Below are positions 13,390-24,960 of a stretch of 64,000 nt of DNA, in pieces. The notes under the pieces were generated by a model. It was not told where the DNA came from. It ran no database searches and saw only the letters and a program-made list of their open reading frames with translations. The stretch lies in the NCBI RefSeq assembly GCF_001194135.2, contig NC_068986.1:96513486-96577485 (forward strand). Direction: 5' to 3'. Within the stretch, counting starts at the first letter, position 1. Each line of letters starts with the position of its first letter. Both the position numbers and the translations under genes were made by a program. The stretch is from Octopus bimaculoides (taxonomy: Eukaryota).

Positions 13390-13700
13390 TTAGGATATTT
13401 AGCTCAAATCATAAAGTCTTGAGTTCGATTCCTTGTGGTATATTTTGTCCTTGAGCAAGACACTTTATTTCATCTGGGCTTCTAGATTCTGGGCTTCACA
13501 GATGAGATGTCACAGAAAATGATATGCAACACCTCCTTCCAGATAATAATTGCGTAACACACATTGAGAATGGTTACACAACATCCTTCCTTCTTTAGGC
13601 CTTCAATTTTGACGGTGTAGTGGGGCACTGTCATGACATACATAACTTGAGCACAGTATGTGATAAGCTTGTTATATTAATAAGAGTAATGAAATTATGA
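13390..13700 (+). mobile_element. Old tRNA/CORE-like SINE
   Basis: B-box gagttcgattcc followed by gtccttgagcaagacactttattt, then a body ending taatgaaattatgaataa. Confidence 0.55.
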
Positions 13701-15005
13701 ATAACACATTTTTCAAAATGCTCAAATATTGAAAATAGGTTTTCTAAAACCTTAAATTATACTTTTAAAAATCTACAACTCACCTAGACACTCCTTGTGT
13801 TGCTAACTTGAGAACTGTGTTGCATACCTGGGGTTATATCTGCCCAAAATATTTCAGAGTAAAGTTAAATACACATAGATAAATGTCTTCCACTTCTCAC
13901 CACTCTTAGTGATCTCGGTCCTGCACTAAACATAACACCCAGTACCTTTTCCCTAGAACAGAATCTTCTCTTTGCTCATGCCTTGTATTTGTTGACCTGC
14001 TACAGTTTAAATGGAACATTAATTGTATCAAGCTCACTGGTCACAAAGGTCCTGCAAAACTTCAAGGCAATGCCTCGGCCTTTAGACTTAACAAGTGAAA
14101 AAGAAAAGCTAGTACACTGGTTGATGTAGAAGTCTTTTAATGCTCCTTGCATTAATTATTGTAATACTTACTTTTGCATATATTCTTATATAGAAGGTAT
14201 CTCATATTATTTCTTGAGAGATGCTACACAGATCAAGAGTAGATAGATTCACCACTCAACTGCTCAGTGCCATAGTAGCAGATGTTAAACATTGACCTTA
14301 ACATTTTTGGGGGACCCTTGAGACATGTTATTACTGTTTAACTTTAAAAAACAACCCTGAATGAATAGATCTATGGTCAAAAAGATGTCGTCTGCTTTTA
14401 AACATCCTGTCTTTTTATAGTATTTATATGTTGTTCCTCTTTTGAAGATCGTACAGTGTGACTAGGAAAGCAGGTCAAGTGACCACATAAAGGCTTCCTC
14501 ATTGTCTTGTAGAAAGGTGTTTTTGATTGTCATAGCTTTGACCTTCCTACAAAAAGAGTCTGGGAAAGTTAACTGTGATAGACTGGCGTCTTATCCATGA
14601 GAGTGGGTGAACTTATCTCCCATCTGTTTATAACTTACAGTGGCTGAGTACTTATTCTTCAGCTGAATGAATGCCAATATCATACTGCTATATATTTTGT
14701 CAACTAAACAAAAGACTGAAGAGCTGTGCAGTGGACCCCTGTTCTACTAAAAGTGGGGTTTCCATGCGGAAATGTGGCACTTAGCTAACTTGCTACTGTT
14801 TGCACCAGAAAATACCACAACCATTCATGCTTCCTGGTCTGCCTTACTCTGCTTCAGTAGCTTCAAGACATACACACACTCGCTCACACAGATATATATA
14901 CACATTGATGTATATGCACTTCAATGTATGTGTGTAGATAGGTAGATGCATTTATGCACATGAGCAAACTATATGTCCAGACGTATGCCCATACATGTAT
15001 GCACG

Positions 15006-15039
<34 letters not shown>

Positions 15040-15087
15040 GTTGTTGCTTGAAAGTGAGTATGATTTGGCAGTATGTACCATACTTTC

Positions 15088-15468
15088 GTGGAGGCGCAAT
15101 GGCCCAGTGGTTAGGGCAGTGGACTTGCGGTCATAGGATCACGGTTTCGATTCCCAGACCGGGCATTGTGAGTGTTTATTGAGCGAAAACACCTAATGCT
15201 CCATGAGGCTCCGGCAGGGAATGGTGGCGAACCCTGCTGTACTCTTCCACCACAACTTTCTCTCACTCTTACTTCCTGTTTCTGTTGTGCCTGTAATTCA
15301 AAGGGTCAGCCTTGTCACACTGTGTCACGCTGAATATCCCCGAGAACTATGTTAAGGGTACACGTGTCTGTGGAGTGCTCAGCCACTTGCACATTAATTT
15401 CACGAGCAGGCTGTTCCGTTGATCGGATCAACTGGAACCCTCGACGTCGTAAGCGACAGAGTGCCAAC
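15088..15468 (+). mobile_element. Young 381-bp tRNA-derived SINE (family E) with an 11-bp TSD
   Basis: A-box tggcccagtgg and B-box gtttcgattcc are present, CpGs are retained, and the perfect TSD accatactttc lies at 15077-15087 and 15469-15479. Confidence 0.9.
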
Positions 15469-15899
15469 ACCATACTTTCACTGGTTGTTATAGGGATATA
15501 GGTAGTTGCAAGTGGACATAAACTCCTCCTCAGACTTCCCTCCCATGGCCCAGAGGAACATCCAGGATGTAACAGCTGGAGAGAGAGAGAAGAATGGGTG
15601 GCTGTGTCAGCCCTAGCTGGCACTTGTTTTCAGCTGAGTTGACTGGAGCTTAGTGAAATAAAATACCTTGCTCAAGAATACAGCACACTGCTAAGAATGG
15701 TCTTCTGGTTCATATAAAAGATATGAGCAAAAGATGTCAACGAATTCACATCTTCCCACTTGAGCTTAATATTGTCATTGCAAATATATTGAGTTCTAAC
15801 AACTGGGTATTGGTTTTGCTACGTCAAAGTGGACTTATGAAATGTATAAATGCGTATGTGTACATACGTGTGTCTGTGTGAGAATATATATATATATAT

Positions 15900-16040
15900 A
15901 TTGGCATTAGGAGGGGCATCCAGCTGTATAAATCATGCCAAAACACACGGGACCTGGGCTGGGGAGCTGGCCAGCTCCATATCAAACCATCTAACTCATG
16001 CCAGCATGGAAAACAAATGTTAAATGATGATGATGATATA
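15900..16040 (+). mobile_element. Diverged family B (RTE-tail) copy
   Basis: ttggcattaggaggggcatccagctgta...gccagcatggaaaacaaatgttaaatgatgatgat. Confidence 0.7.
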
Positions 16041-16080
16041 TATATTTATATATAAATGTATATGTGTGTATATATATATG

Positions 16081-16945
16081 TCATCATCATCATCGTTTAA
16101 CGTCCGCTTTCCATGCTAGCATGGGTTGGACGATTTGACTGAGGACTGGTGAAACCGGATGGCAACACCAGGCTCCAGTTTGATTTGGCAGAGTTTCTAC
16201 AGCTGGATGCCCTTCCTAACGCCAACCACTCAGAGAGTGTAGTGGGTGCTTTTACGTGTCACCCGCACGAAAACGGCCACGCTCGAAATGGTGTCTTTTA
16301 TGTGCCANNNNNNNNNNNNNNNNNNNNNNNNNNNNNNNNNNNNNNNNNNNNNNNNNNNNNNNNNNNNNNNNNNNNNNNNNNNNNNNNNNNNNNNNNNNNN
16401 NNNNNNNNNNNNNNNNNNNNNNNNNNNNNNNNNNNNNNNNNNNNNNNNNNNNNNNNNNNNNNNNNNNNNNNNNNNNNNNNNNNNNNNNNNNNNNNNNNNN
16501 NNNNNNNNNNNNNNNNNNNNNNNNNNNNNNNNNNNNNNNNNNNNNNNNNNNNNNNNNNNNNNNNNNNNNNNNNNNNNNNNNNNNNNNNNNNNNNNNNNNN
16601 NNNNNNNNNNNNNNNNNNNNNNNNNNNNNNNNNNNNNNNNNNNCTTCTCACGCACAGCCCATTTCCAAAGGTCTCGGTCCGTAGTCATCGCCTCGGTGAG
16701 GCCCAATGTACGAAGGTCTTGCCTCACCACCTCAGCCCAGGTCTTCCTGGGCCTACCTCTTCCACGGGTTCCCTCAACTGTTAGGGTGTGGCACTTTTTC
16801 ACGCAGCTATCCTCCTCCATTCTCACCACATGTCCATACCAGCGCAATCGTCTCTCTTGCACGCCACAACTGATGCTTCTAATGTTCAGCTTTTCTCTCA
16901 AGATACTTACACTCTGACGGGTATTCACATTGACATTACACATCC
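16081..16945 (-). mobile_element. 5'-truncated RTE LINE: ORF2 C-terminus plus 3' tail, with a gap at 16308-16643
   Basis: ORF 16644-16943 reads RRLRWYGHVVRMEEDSCVKK...GRGRPRKTWAEVVRQDL...DRDLWKWAV, a typical RTE end. It continues across the gap into the family B tail ending (GAT)n. Confidence 0.85.
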
Positions 16946-17223
16946 AATATATATAAAGTAATAATTTTTTTATCTATCTATATGTGGAGAAAAGGAGAGA
17001 GAGGGAGAAAGAGACAGATACTTGCACACAATTAAGCAGGATCGTATGACTAAATGTTTATACACATGCGTACATTTTCACATTCATCTCTACATACATA
17101 ATTAAGTAAGTAAATGGATAGCCATAGTTTCAACAATGAGTATTCCATCTGTTCAATCAACTGAACTACCTCATCTTTGAATTATAGTGTAAATGGCTGA
17201 ATGTGCCACAAACATTTGTTCCC

Positions 17224-17443
17224 TCAGCCCTTTTGATACCAAACCACTTGAGATTGTGCTTGGTTCTATGATACATACTCCCGCTTTTAAAGTGGCTTGA
17301 ATTAAAACTTTCCATCAAAATTTCATGTTATGCTCCCAACAACAGACTGATAATGACTTTATTACTTCACTAAATCTTCATTAGTTTTAAAATTAGAGAT
17401 GAAATATTGAATTTCTATAGGAATATGGTATGAGCAGGGTTAA
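17224..17443. mobile_element. piggyBac-type MITE
   Basis: Left end cccttttgatacc, right end agggTTAA. The left TTAA is degraded. Confidence 0.55.
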
Positions 17444-18199
17444 TATAATCCTTCCTGAGGCAAAGTCAATGTAAGAGTGTGTGTTCCAAAGCCGGCCCTT
17501 TTAATTGCACGTACAATCCACCTGATGAGTTTCCTTTGTTTTATCTATCCAATTTCACTTACGAAGCTTGGGTCAAACCAAGTCAATGAGAAAGTGCACT
17601 TGCCCAAGATGTCATGCAGTGAAATTGAAATTGAGACCTCATGATTACAAAGCAAACATCTTTATCACCCATCCATGTCTGTGTATACATTACATACTTA
17701 GTACACACATGCATGCACACATTCATACACAGTTATATATAGATATATACACATATATACACTTGAATATTTATAAAAGCATTACCTAACGGAAACCACA
17801 CCTAAGTATAAGATGGCAGGACAGGAAGGTGTATTCATGTATGTGTGTGTGTGTGTGTGTTGGGTAGGAAAATTTGGTGTATGTATGTTTGGTTTGATGA
17901 TAGTAGTATTTTGGTATATACGTGAATGTGTTTGTTGTAAGGACGATGTGGTGGGTGAGTTCATAGTGTTGGTGGTTGTGGAAGTGGTATTATTGTTGTA
18001 GTTATTTATGTAGCTTCTAAGCCAGTCCTCATTGAGCAAATCTATGATGAAAGGCATTCCAATTGTGACCATCTAGTTTGTTTTTCTCTCTCGGTACAGT
18101 GTAACATGGACAACATCAACTGCTGTGTCACTTTTTAAGATGGGAAGATGTTATTTGAGTAAGATTAGAATGCTATTTCTAGCAGGTTCAGTGACCATG

Positions 18200-18960
18200 T
18201 AGAGGTTCCTTTGTTGGCTTGTGGTGGTGGTGGTGGTATTGGTAATGGTAATGTAATAGTGGTGTTAGTTGTGTTGATGGTGCTGGTGTTGGTATTGGCA
18301 CTGGTGATGTTGATGTTGATGATTGTGTTGTTTGCAATGATGGTTGTGTACTATTTGGAGGTAATTTTAGTGATGATGATGATGGTGGTGGTGGTGGTGG
18401 TGGTGGTGTTGGTTTGTCATTGGTTGCAGTGTTGATCGATGTTGGTGGTGGTGCTGTTGATATTTCTGATGTGGTGGTGGCATAGGTAGCTGTTGTTAGT
18501 AGTAGAAATGAGTGGTGTTAGTGGTACTGGTATTGACAGTTGTGGTGATGGTTGTGGTAGTAGTGGTGAGAGTAATGGTGGTAGTATGTGATGCTGAAGG
18601 TAATAGTGGTGATACAGTGTTGGTGCTGCTGTTGGTGGTGGTGGTGGTGGTGGTGGTAATAGTGAGTGGCGATGGTGATGTGGTACTTGTGGTTGTGTTG
18701 TTGGTAGTGATGTCAATACAGTGGTGGTGGTGATGATCGTCGTTGTCGTTGTGGTAGTGGCGGTGGTAATAGTGAGTGCTAATGACATTACGGTGGTGAT
18801 GGTGGTGGTTGTATTGCTGGTAGTGGTAGTAAGGATGTTGTGTATTTAATGAATGTATTGTCATTGTAATTGTTGTTGTTGTTGTTGCTAGTAGTAGTAG
18901 TAGTGAAGTAAGTGGTATTGTTGGTTCTGGTAGTAATTGTTGTTATTGGTAGTGGTGTTC
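18200..18960. repeat. Degenerate (GTG/GAT/GTA)n tract
   Basis: Direct reading. It is the source of the Val-run and His/Thr-run ORFs. Confidence 0.9.
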
Positions 18961-19044
18961 ATGGTGGAGTTGGTGAGGTTGTTTCCTCTACATCTAGTTT
19001 GAAGTTTTCTCTCTTTCTCTTGTCATTGCCTTTGTTTGTCTTAG

Positions 19045-19056
19045 ATGTGTGCAACT
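19045..19056 (+). other. Candidate 12-nt microexon ATGTGTGCAACT
   Basis: Acceptor ttttctctctttctcttgtcattgcctttgtttgtcttag includes a TGC about 15 nt upstream of AG. The donor is GTATGT. The exon is frame-preserving and open in all three phases. Confidence 0.3.
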
Positions 19057-19136
19057 GTATGTAACAGCGGCAACATCAGCATGTTGCAATAGCTGCACTG
19101 AATTGCACTGATGTTTTGGCTAGATATATGCTTTGT

Positions 19137-19173
<37 letters not shown>

Positions 19174-19409
19174 TATATATTTGCAGTTCTCCATTCTTTG
19201 AATTCTTGAAACTGTCAGCTTTTGAAAAAAAAAGAGAGGGGGTGGTAGTGGTGGGAGTGAGGCAAAAGGGAAAGGTGGAGGAGAGAGAGGAAAAAACAAA
19301 AAAGTGAGCATGGGGAGAGAGAGAAAAGTAGCTTTCTTCTGATGAGAAATAAGAAAACGGAAGACATTAAGCAGTAAAAACAACAAGGATGCTGCTGCTC
19401 CTGATGTTG

Positions 19410-19412
19410 ATG

Positions 19413-19450
<38 letters not shown>

Positions 19451-19660
19451 TCTAATAATAATGTTGGTGATTAATAATAAAAATGTGCACTTGTATACTG
19501 ACAGATTAATTTTCTAGTTTGTTGGGGCTTATTTTGTATACAAAAAAAATGTATATTTTTTTCCTTTTTTTTGTCTTGCTTTCTTGTTCCATCACTTCCA
19601 TCTCCTCCTTCATCACCATCCAATAATCATTATCACCCATTGCACCACCACCACCACTAC

Positions 19661-19713
<53 letters not shown>

Positions 19714-19715
19714 CC
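19410..19715. repeat. (AAT)n and (CAT)n microsatellites
   Basis: Perfect tracts at about 19410-19460 and 19660-19712. Confidence 0.95.
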
Positions 19716-20674
19716 ACTATCATATTTATGAAAAAATTATTATCCTCCTTACTGTAGTCACTAGTGCCACTGCTTTCACTGGTGTGGTGACGGTGGTGAT
19801 GACGGTGTAGATGATAATGACGGTGGTAATGATGATGATAATGACGGTGGTGATGGTAATGGAATGGGTGAGGATAGTGTGCCTTGACAGAATTTCAACT
19901 GAAGTACATGAAATACTGAACTAAATATACTGTAAAGCAAACTAACCAAATATCTACAGCATGTGTTGCTTCTACTGACACTATTACCCTCACAAGTTAA
20001 TTACTAACTCAAGTTAGGTTATAGTAATCCCTTCAAATAACATCAAGGTTCAGCCATTCAAGTAGGGTTAGCACTTATTTGTGAGGGACTTCTTGTCTCT
20101 TACCTTTACTTTAGGCTCATTATTTTCTTGTTTATTTTTCTTTTTTTATTGTCATTTCTGATTGTTTCTTAACACCCTCTAAACACCAGCTGCCCTCTGT
20201 CACCATGTGACAGTGGGATAGAACAGCTGCTCATAACTTCTGTGCTGGGGGCACTGATAATGAGCCGATTTCATTTATCTTTGGCTAACCTTGGTTCTAG
20301 GAACATTGATGGCAGCAGCCATTGTCTTCACTTTACTGTTGTCACCATTTCTGCTGTTGTTTGTTTTCCTCTCTTTTTTAAATTTTTATTTTTAAATGCC
20401 TTTTCTCTGCTGCAGCAAATGAACTCACCCAACCTTTGCAACAATGCAACTACTCTGCGCCTCCATCTGGTCAACTCCTCTTAGCTCCCTCCCTTGATGG
20501 ACTATAAACTCCAGGATAGTCTTGAGACCTTTGGACAGTAGTCAGAACCTCGAGGTCCATGCAGGCCACCACATGTTGCAAGTCACCTCCACACTCACCA
20601 TCTGCCTATTCTGAACACTACATAGATGAGGATAGGCTGTCAATATCAGTACCAATACATCTCCCTTTACCTTG

Positions 20675-20676
<2 letters not shown>

Positions 20677-20749
<73 letters not shown>

Positions 20750-20894
20750 CACCACCACTACTACTAATAATAATAATTCCTCCACCACCATCATCATCAT
20801 CATCATCAATATCACTGCCACTGCCACCAATAATGTGGTTATTTTCAACTGTGGTCAAAGTTACAAATGACCATCTGGTAGAAATATACTCAGT

Positions 20895-20929
<35 letters not shown>
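20677..20929. repeat. (CTA)n/(CAC)n/(CAT)n tracts and a poly(A) run
   Basis: Direct reading; the A-run is at about 20897-20929. Confidence 0.95.
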
Positions 20930-20930
<1 letters not shown>

Positions 20931-21242
20931 AAGAAAGGAGAAAAAATCACAAGCCTTTTTCCATCTCATTTTCCTGGAGTGGAGGCTAATCCAAAAGTAG
21001 TCTGGTATTAAAAATAAACATTTTTTGGATCAGATAATCTGTAAAGAAAATATCATCTCTAAGAGAGAGCTCTGTAAATATGTGTGTCTACACACAGCAA
21101 ACATCAGCAACAGCAGCAATAATATTAACGGTAATGTCTAACATTAGTACAATTCCATAAAAGTTTGGAGAAAAGTTGATTAAATCAACTCCAGTACTTA
21201 ATTATGTTTATTTTATTGACCCTGTTAGGGATAATGGACAGA

Positions 21243-21521
21243 GTTGACTGCAGTAGGATTTAACCCTTTAGTATTCAGTTGACTGCAGTAGGATTTAACC
21301 CTTTAGTATTCAGTTGACTGCAGTAGGTNNNNNNNNNNGTATTCAGTTGACTGCAGTAGGATTTAACCCTTTAGTATTCAGTTGACTGCAGTAGGATTTA
21401 ACCCTTTAGTATTCAGTTGACTGCAGTAGGTTTTAACCCTTTAGTATTCAATTGACTGCAGTAGGATTTAACCCTTTAGTATTCAGTTGACTGCAGTAGG
21501 ATTTAACCCTTTAAGTATTCA
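21243..21521 (+). repeat. 35-bp tandem minisatellite, at least 7 full units (gttgactgcagtaggatttaaccctttagtattca)
   Basis: Units start at 21243, 21278, 21313 (cut by a 10-N gap), 21346, 21381, 21416, 21451 and 21486. There are no spacers. Confidence 0.95.
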
Positions 21522-21721
21522 GATTACTCTGTCAAATGTGGTGCTTATTTATTCACATTGTTTTGAATTTATCCTGCATTACCTTGTAGCCTTGAAATTT
21601 TTATGATGTGATTGTTTATATTTAAAATGACATTTTTGTGCAGGTATGAGAGGTCAGTTTGAACATAAAGCAAGTGGAATATTTTGGCCAGATACGACTT
21701 GTTTAAATGCTAAGGGATTAA
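21503..21721 (+). mobile_element. piggyBac-type MITE inserted in a minus-strand family A SINE
   Basis: TTAAcccttt...atgctaagggaTTAA. SINE sequence lies upstream (21140-21260) and resumes at 21722. A reverse-oriented relative is at 46433-46794. Confidence 0.75.
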
Positions 21722-22302
21722 ACCAAGTATTAAGACACACATAGTTAATTGCCCTGAGGCATTTTGTCCAGCTTCTTACCAGTTCTATCCATCCATAATT
21801 TTGGAAATAAAAGCAGTCAATCATTCAATCATTTTCCCACACAATAGTTAGAACAGGTACCCACTACCATATTGTTGTTTAATGCACTTGAAACCTTTTT
21901 GCTCAGTCTCAGATTGCCACAACTACCATAAATGCATTGGCGGTAAAATATGTGTTATGCATTTGTGTTATGTAATTATAGTTTGAAGTGGAATTTCTGG
22001 AATTTGATCTCTCTGCCTCTACAGAAAGACTCTCTCTTTTATTTTCTATCTCATTTCTTTTACCTCCTTCTCTTTCTCTGTATTTACCTTTACCTTTTTA
22101 TCTGTGAGTCTTTATTATATTCATTTATTTTAGTGTTTTTAAAACTTTTTTCATGATGCCTGATGAATTGCTTCTTAAAGGAGCAAACACATGGTGAGGT
22201 GGGGGAGGGAGGGCTTGACGAAACAGATGACAGGAATGGAAGAGTAACACCAGAAGGGAAGGAGGCAGATAGGTAGTAGTAGTAGCAGCAGTAGTAGTAA
22301 TG

Positions 22303-22343
<41 letters not shown>

Positions 22344-22621
22344 TCTTGTTGTTTAACCTTAGATCATGTCTGATCTAGCAGACTTACGATTAAAGGCATA
22401 TCAGCTGTGACTATCCTGTCTTTTATTTAGTCGTGATTGATGATGTGATTTAGCCCTGGCTAAAGATGCTGTTTGCAAGTCAGTGGCACTGACCTCTTGG
22501 GAATGACCAAAATAACATTGGACAATAGACTTTCAACTTTGGGGTGAATGAGTTGGCAGAAGCTTCTCTGCAGTTATTTAATATGCTAGAAATTGCAACC
22601 AAACCTAGGCATATTATGCCT

Positions 22622-22654
<33 letters not shown>

Positions 22655-22988
22655 NNNNNNNNNNNNNNNNNNNNNNNNNNNNNNNNNNNNNNNNNNNNNN
22701 NNNNNNNNNNNNNNNNNNNNNNNNNNNNNNNNNNNNNNNNNNNNNNNNNNNNNNNNNNNNNNNNNNNNNNNNNNNNNNNNNNNNNNNNNNNNNNNNNNNN
22801 NNNNNNNNNNNNNNNNNNNNNNNNNNNNNNNNNNNNNNNNNNNNNNNNNNNNNNNNNNNNNNNNNNNNNNNNNNNNNNNNNNNNNNNNNNNNNNNNNNNN
22901 NNNNNNNNNNNNNNNNNNNNNNNNNNNNNNNNNNNNNNNNNNNNNNNNNNNNNNNNNNNNNNNNNNNNNNNNNNNNNNNNNNNNNNNN

Positions 22989-23215
22989 ATGTGTGTGTAT
23001 GTGTGTTTGCGTGTCTGTGTTTGTCTCCCCACCATTGCTTGACAACCGATGGTGGTGTGTTTACGTCCCCGTAACTTAACGGTTTGGCAAAAGAGACCGA
23101 TAGAATAAGTACTAGGCTTTCAAAGAATAAGTCCTGGGGTCGATCTGTTCGACTAAAGGCGGTGCTCCAGCATGGCCGTAGTCAAATGACTGAAACAAGT
23201 AAAAGAGAAAGAGTA
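22989..23215 (+). mobile_element. Family D SINE 3' half (head lost in the gap)
   Basis: gcttgacaaccgatggtggtgtgtttacgtccccgtaac...gtagtcaaatgactgaaacaagtaaaagag, the reverse complement of 8250-8470. Confidence 0.8.
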
Positions 23216-23603
23216 AAAATGAACTGACATCAGACTAAGAAAGGAGAGCATCAAAAGATATGGTCATGACTACAACTTTTGGCTTGATTTTTAATGATGT
23301 TCATCTGAGTAAGAGGGGCAGTGACCCCTATCTTCCTTAGATTATCTAATACAAAAATCAAATAATATAGAAGGCATATTTAAAAAAAATTATCTCCATC
23401 AGTATCATCACCATCATCAGAATCATTAATGTCAAACAAAATGCTTTGTGGTATTTTTTCTGGATCTTTACATTCTGAGTTCAAATCACACCAACGTCAA
23501 CTCCCACCAAGATCAAGAAAATAAAGTACCAGTCATGTACTGAGGTTAATCGTATTAAATAATCTCTTCCTCCCAAAATTGACACTCTTATACCTGAGAA
23601 ACA

Positions 23604-24152
23604 ATTATTATTATTATCATTATTATTATTATTCAGTAGTTTTATTTTTATAGCATGCTTTCACTTCACTACCGAGCGCAGCTCTGTGTGCCTTGGGTAT
23701 GTGCTGTGGTTTGCTGTGATGCTCTTATGGTTACTGTATTGAAAGTGTTTTGCGTAGGATATGTGCAGTGCCCAGTAGTGCAATTTTCTGTATGCTATAT
23801 ATATTTGTAAGTCCTGGTGTTTTTGTTATGTATTTGTCTGAATATTTTTTTATTATACCTAATGCACCTACTATGATAGGAATTGTTTCTGTTTTTAGAT
23901 TCCACAATCGAGTTACCTCTATTTCCAGGTCTTTGTATTTTGAAAGTTTCTCCATTTCTTTTAGAGAAATGTTGTTATCTACTAGTTTTGATACATCAAT
24001 TAGAAAGCATTTTTTTCTTCATGATCTCTGACAACTATATCTGGCCTATTAGCCTTAATTTCTCTATCTGTGTGTATTGGCATATCCCAGAGTATGGTTG
24101 CTTTCTTGTTTTCTGTTATTATTATCTCGTTTTCTATTATTATTATTATTAT
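23604..24152 (-). mobile_element. R4/Dong-clade non-LTR retrotransposon 3' end (REL endonuclease) in a (TAA)n tract
   Basis: Minus strand reads KATILWDMPIHTDREIKANRPDIVVRDHEE, then a 1-nt frameshift in the A-run near 24010-24016, then CFLIDVS...EMEKLSKYKDLEIEV...IPIIVGALG...LLGTAHILRKTLSIQ*. (ATT)n lies on both sides. Confidence 0.8.
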
Positions 24153-24343
24153 CACCAAAAGTGGTAGATTGGCAAAAGCATTAGAATATTTGGTAAAATA
24201 CTTTGCCAGTTAAGAGTTCAAATCCTGTTGAGGTCAACATTAGATATAGATGGGTCAATATAACTGAGAAATCCCCTTCCTCCCACAAAATTTCTGGTCT
24301 TGTGCCTATGTTAGAAACAATTATTTTTATCATTTTCATTAAG

Positions 24344-24540
24344 GTGGCAATCTGGCAGAATCATTAGCACACCAGGCAAAATGTTTAGCGGCATTTTGTC
24401 TGTCGCATATTCTGCATTTAGATTCTGCTAAGGTCATCTTCACCTTTCATCCTTTTGGGTTTGATTAAATAAGTGCCAGTTGAGCTCTGGGGTTGTTGTA
24501 AGCAACTTACATACTCCCCCACAATTGCTGCCAAAATTTG
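24344..24540 (+). mobile_element. Family A SINE, diverged
   Basis: ggtggcaatctggcagaatcattagcacacc...ctttcatccttttgggtttgattaaataagtgccag. Confidence 0.75.
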
Positions 24541-24759
24541 AAATCATTATTATTATTTTCATTTTTGTCTCTCTTTCTAACTCTGCTACAATTTAACCTG
24601 CCTACCCTTATATAATGCAAGTTAGCTCTGTGTCTCCTCAACAACAAGAAACTCATTCCTGTCTCTTCTCCCATACTTTAACCTCTCAACATCTGGCAAA
24701 AAGCTGTTTCTATCTCTACTGTTGTTCTATTCAGTCAAGGAGGTTCATTAGTCTTGCAA

Positions 24760-24960
24760 GTTACATGATGACCTCGCTGGTGCTGGTGTCATGAAAAAAA
24801 GCACCTAGTAAAGTGGTTGACATTAGGAAGGGCATCCAGCTGTAAAAACCATGCCAAAGCCAACATTGGGGTTGGATGCAGTCATTCAACTCGTTGGTTT
24901 CTGTTGAACCTAACCTATACCATCATAGAAGACAGACAATAAATGATGATGATGATGATG
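24760..24960 (+). mobile_element. Family B (RTE-tail) copy, diverged
   Basis: attaggaagggcatccagctgtaaaaacc...aaatgatgatgatgatg. Confidence 0.7.

Noticed and set aside
16149-16307. Repeated short ORFs such as MKPDGNTRLQ... (16149, 50356) and MSPARR... (50463, 3604)
   Set aside because: They are antisense or incidental frames of family B repeats, not a host gene family.
17521-17530. Other CTGATGA hits (17522, 19339, 22161, 32940, 38820, 51373)
   Set aside because: None is followed by a stem II and a GAAA box, so they are not hammerheads.
21243-21521. CRISPR-like regular 35-bp repeats
   Set aside because: The units are contiguous with no unique spacers, there are no cas genes, the context is eukaryotic, and the unit is explained by a SINE/MITE junction.
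22181-22193. 13-nt microexon candidate (ttgcttcttaaag|GAGCAAACACATG|gtgagg)
   Set aside because: The pyrimidine tract is short, the acceptor is AAG and the length shifts frame. Such matches are expected by chance in 64 kb.
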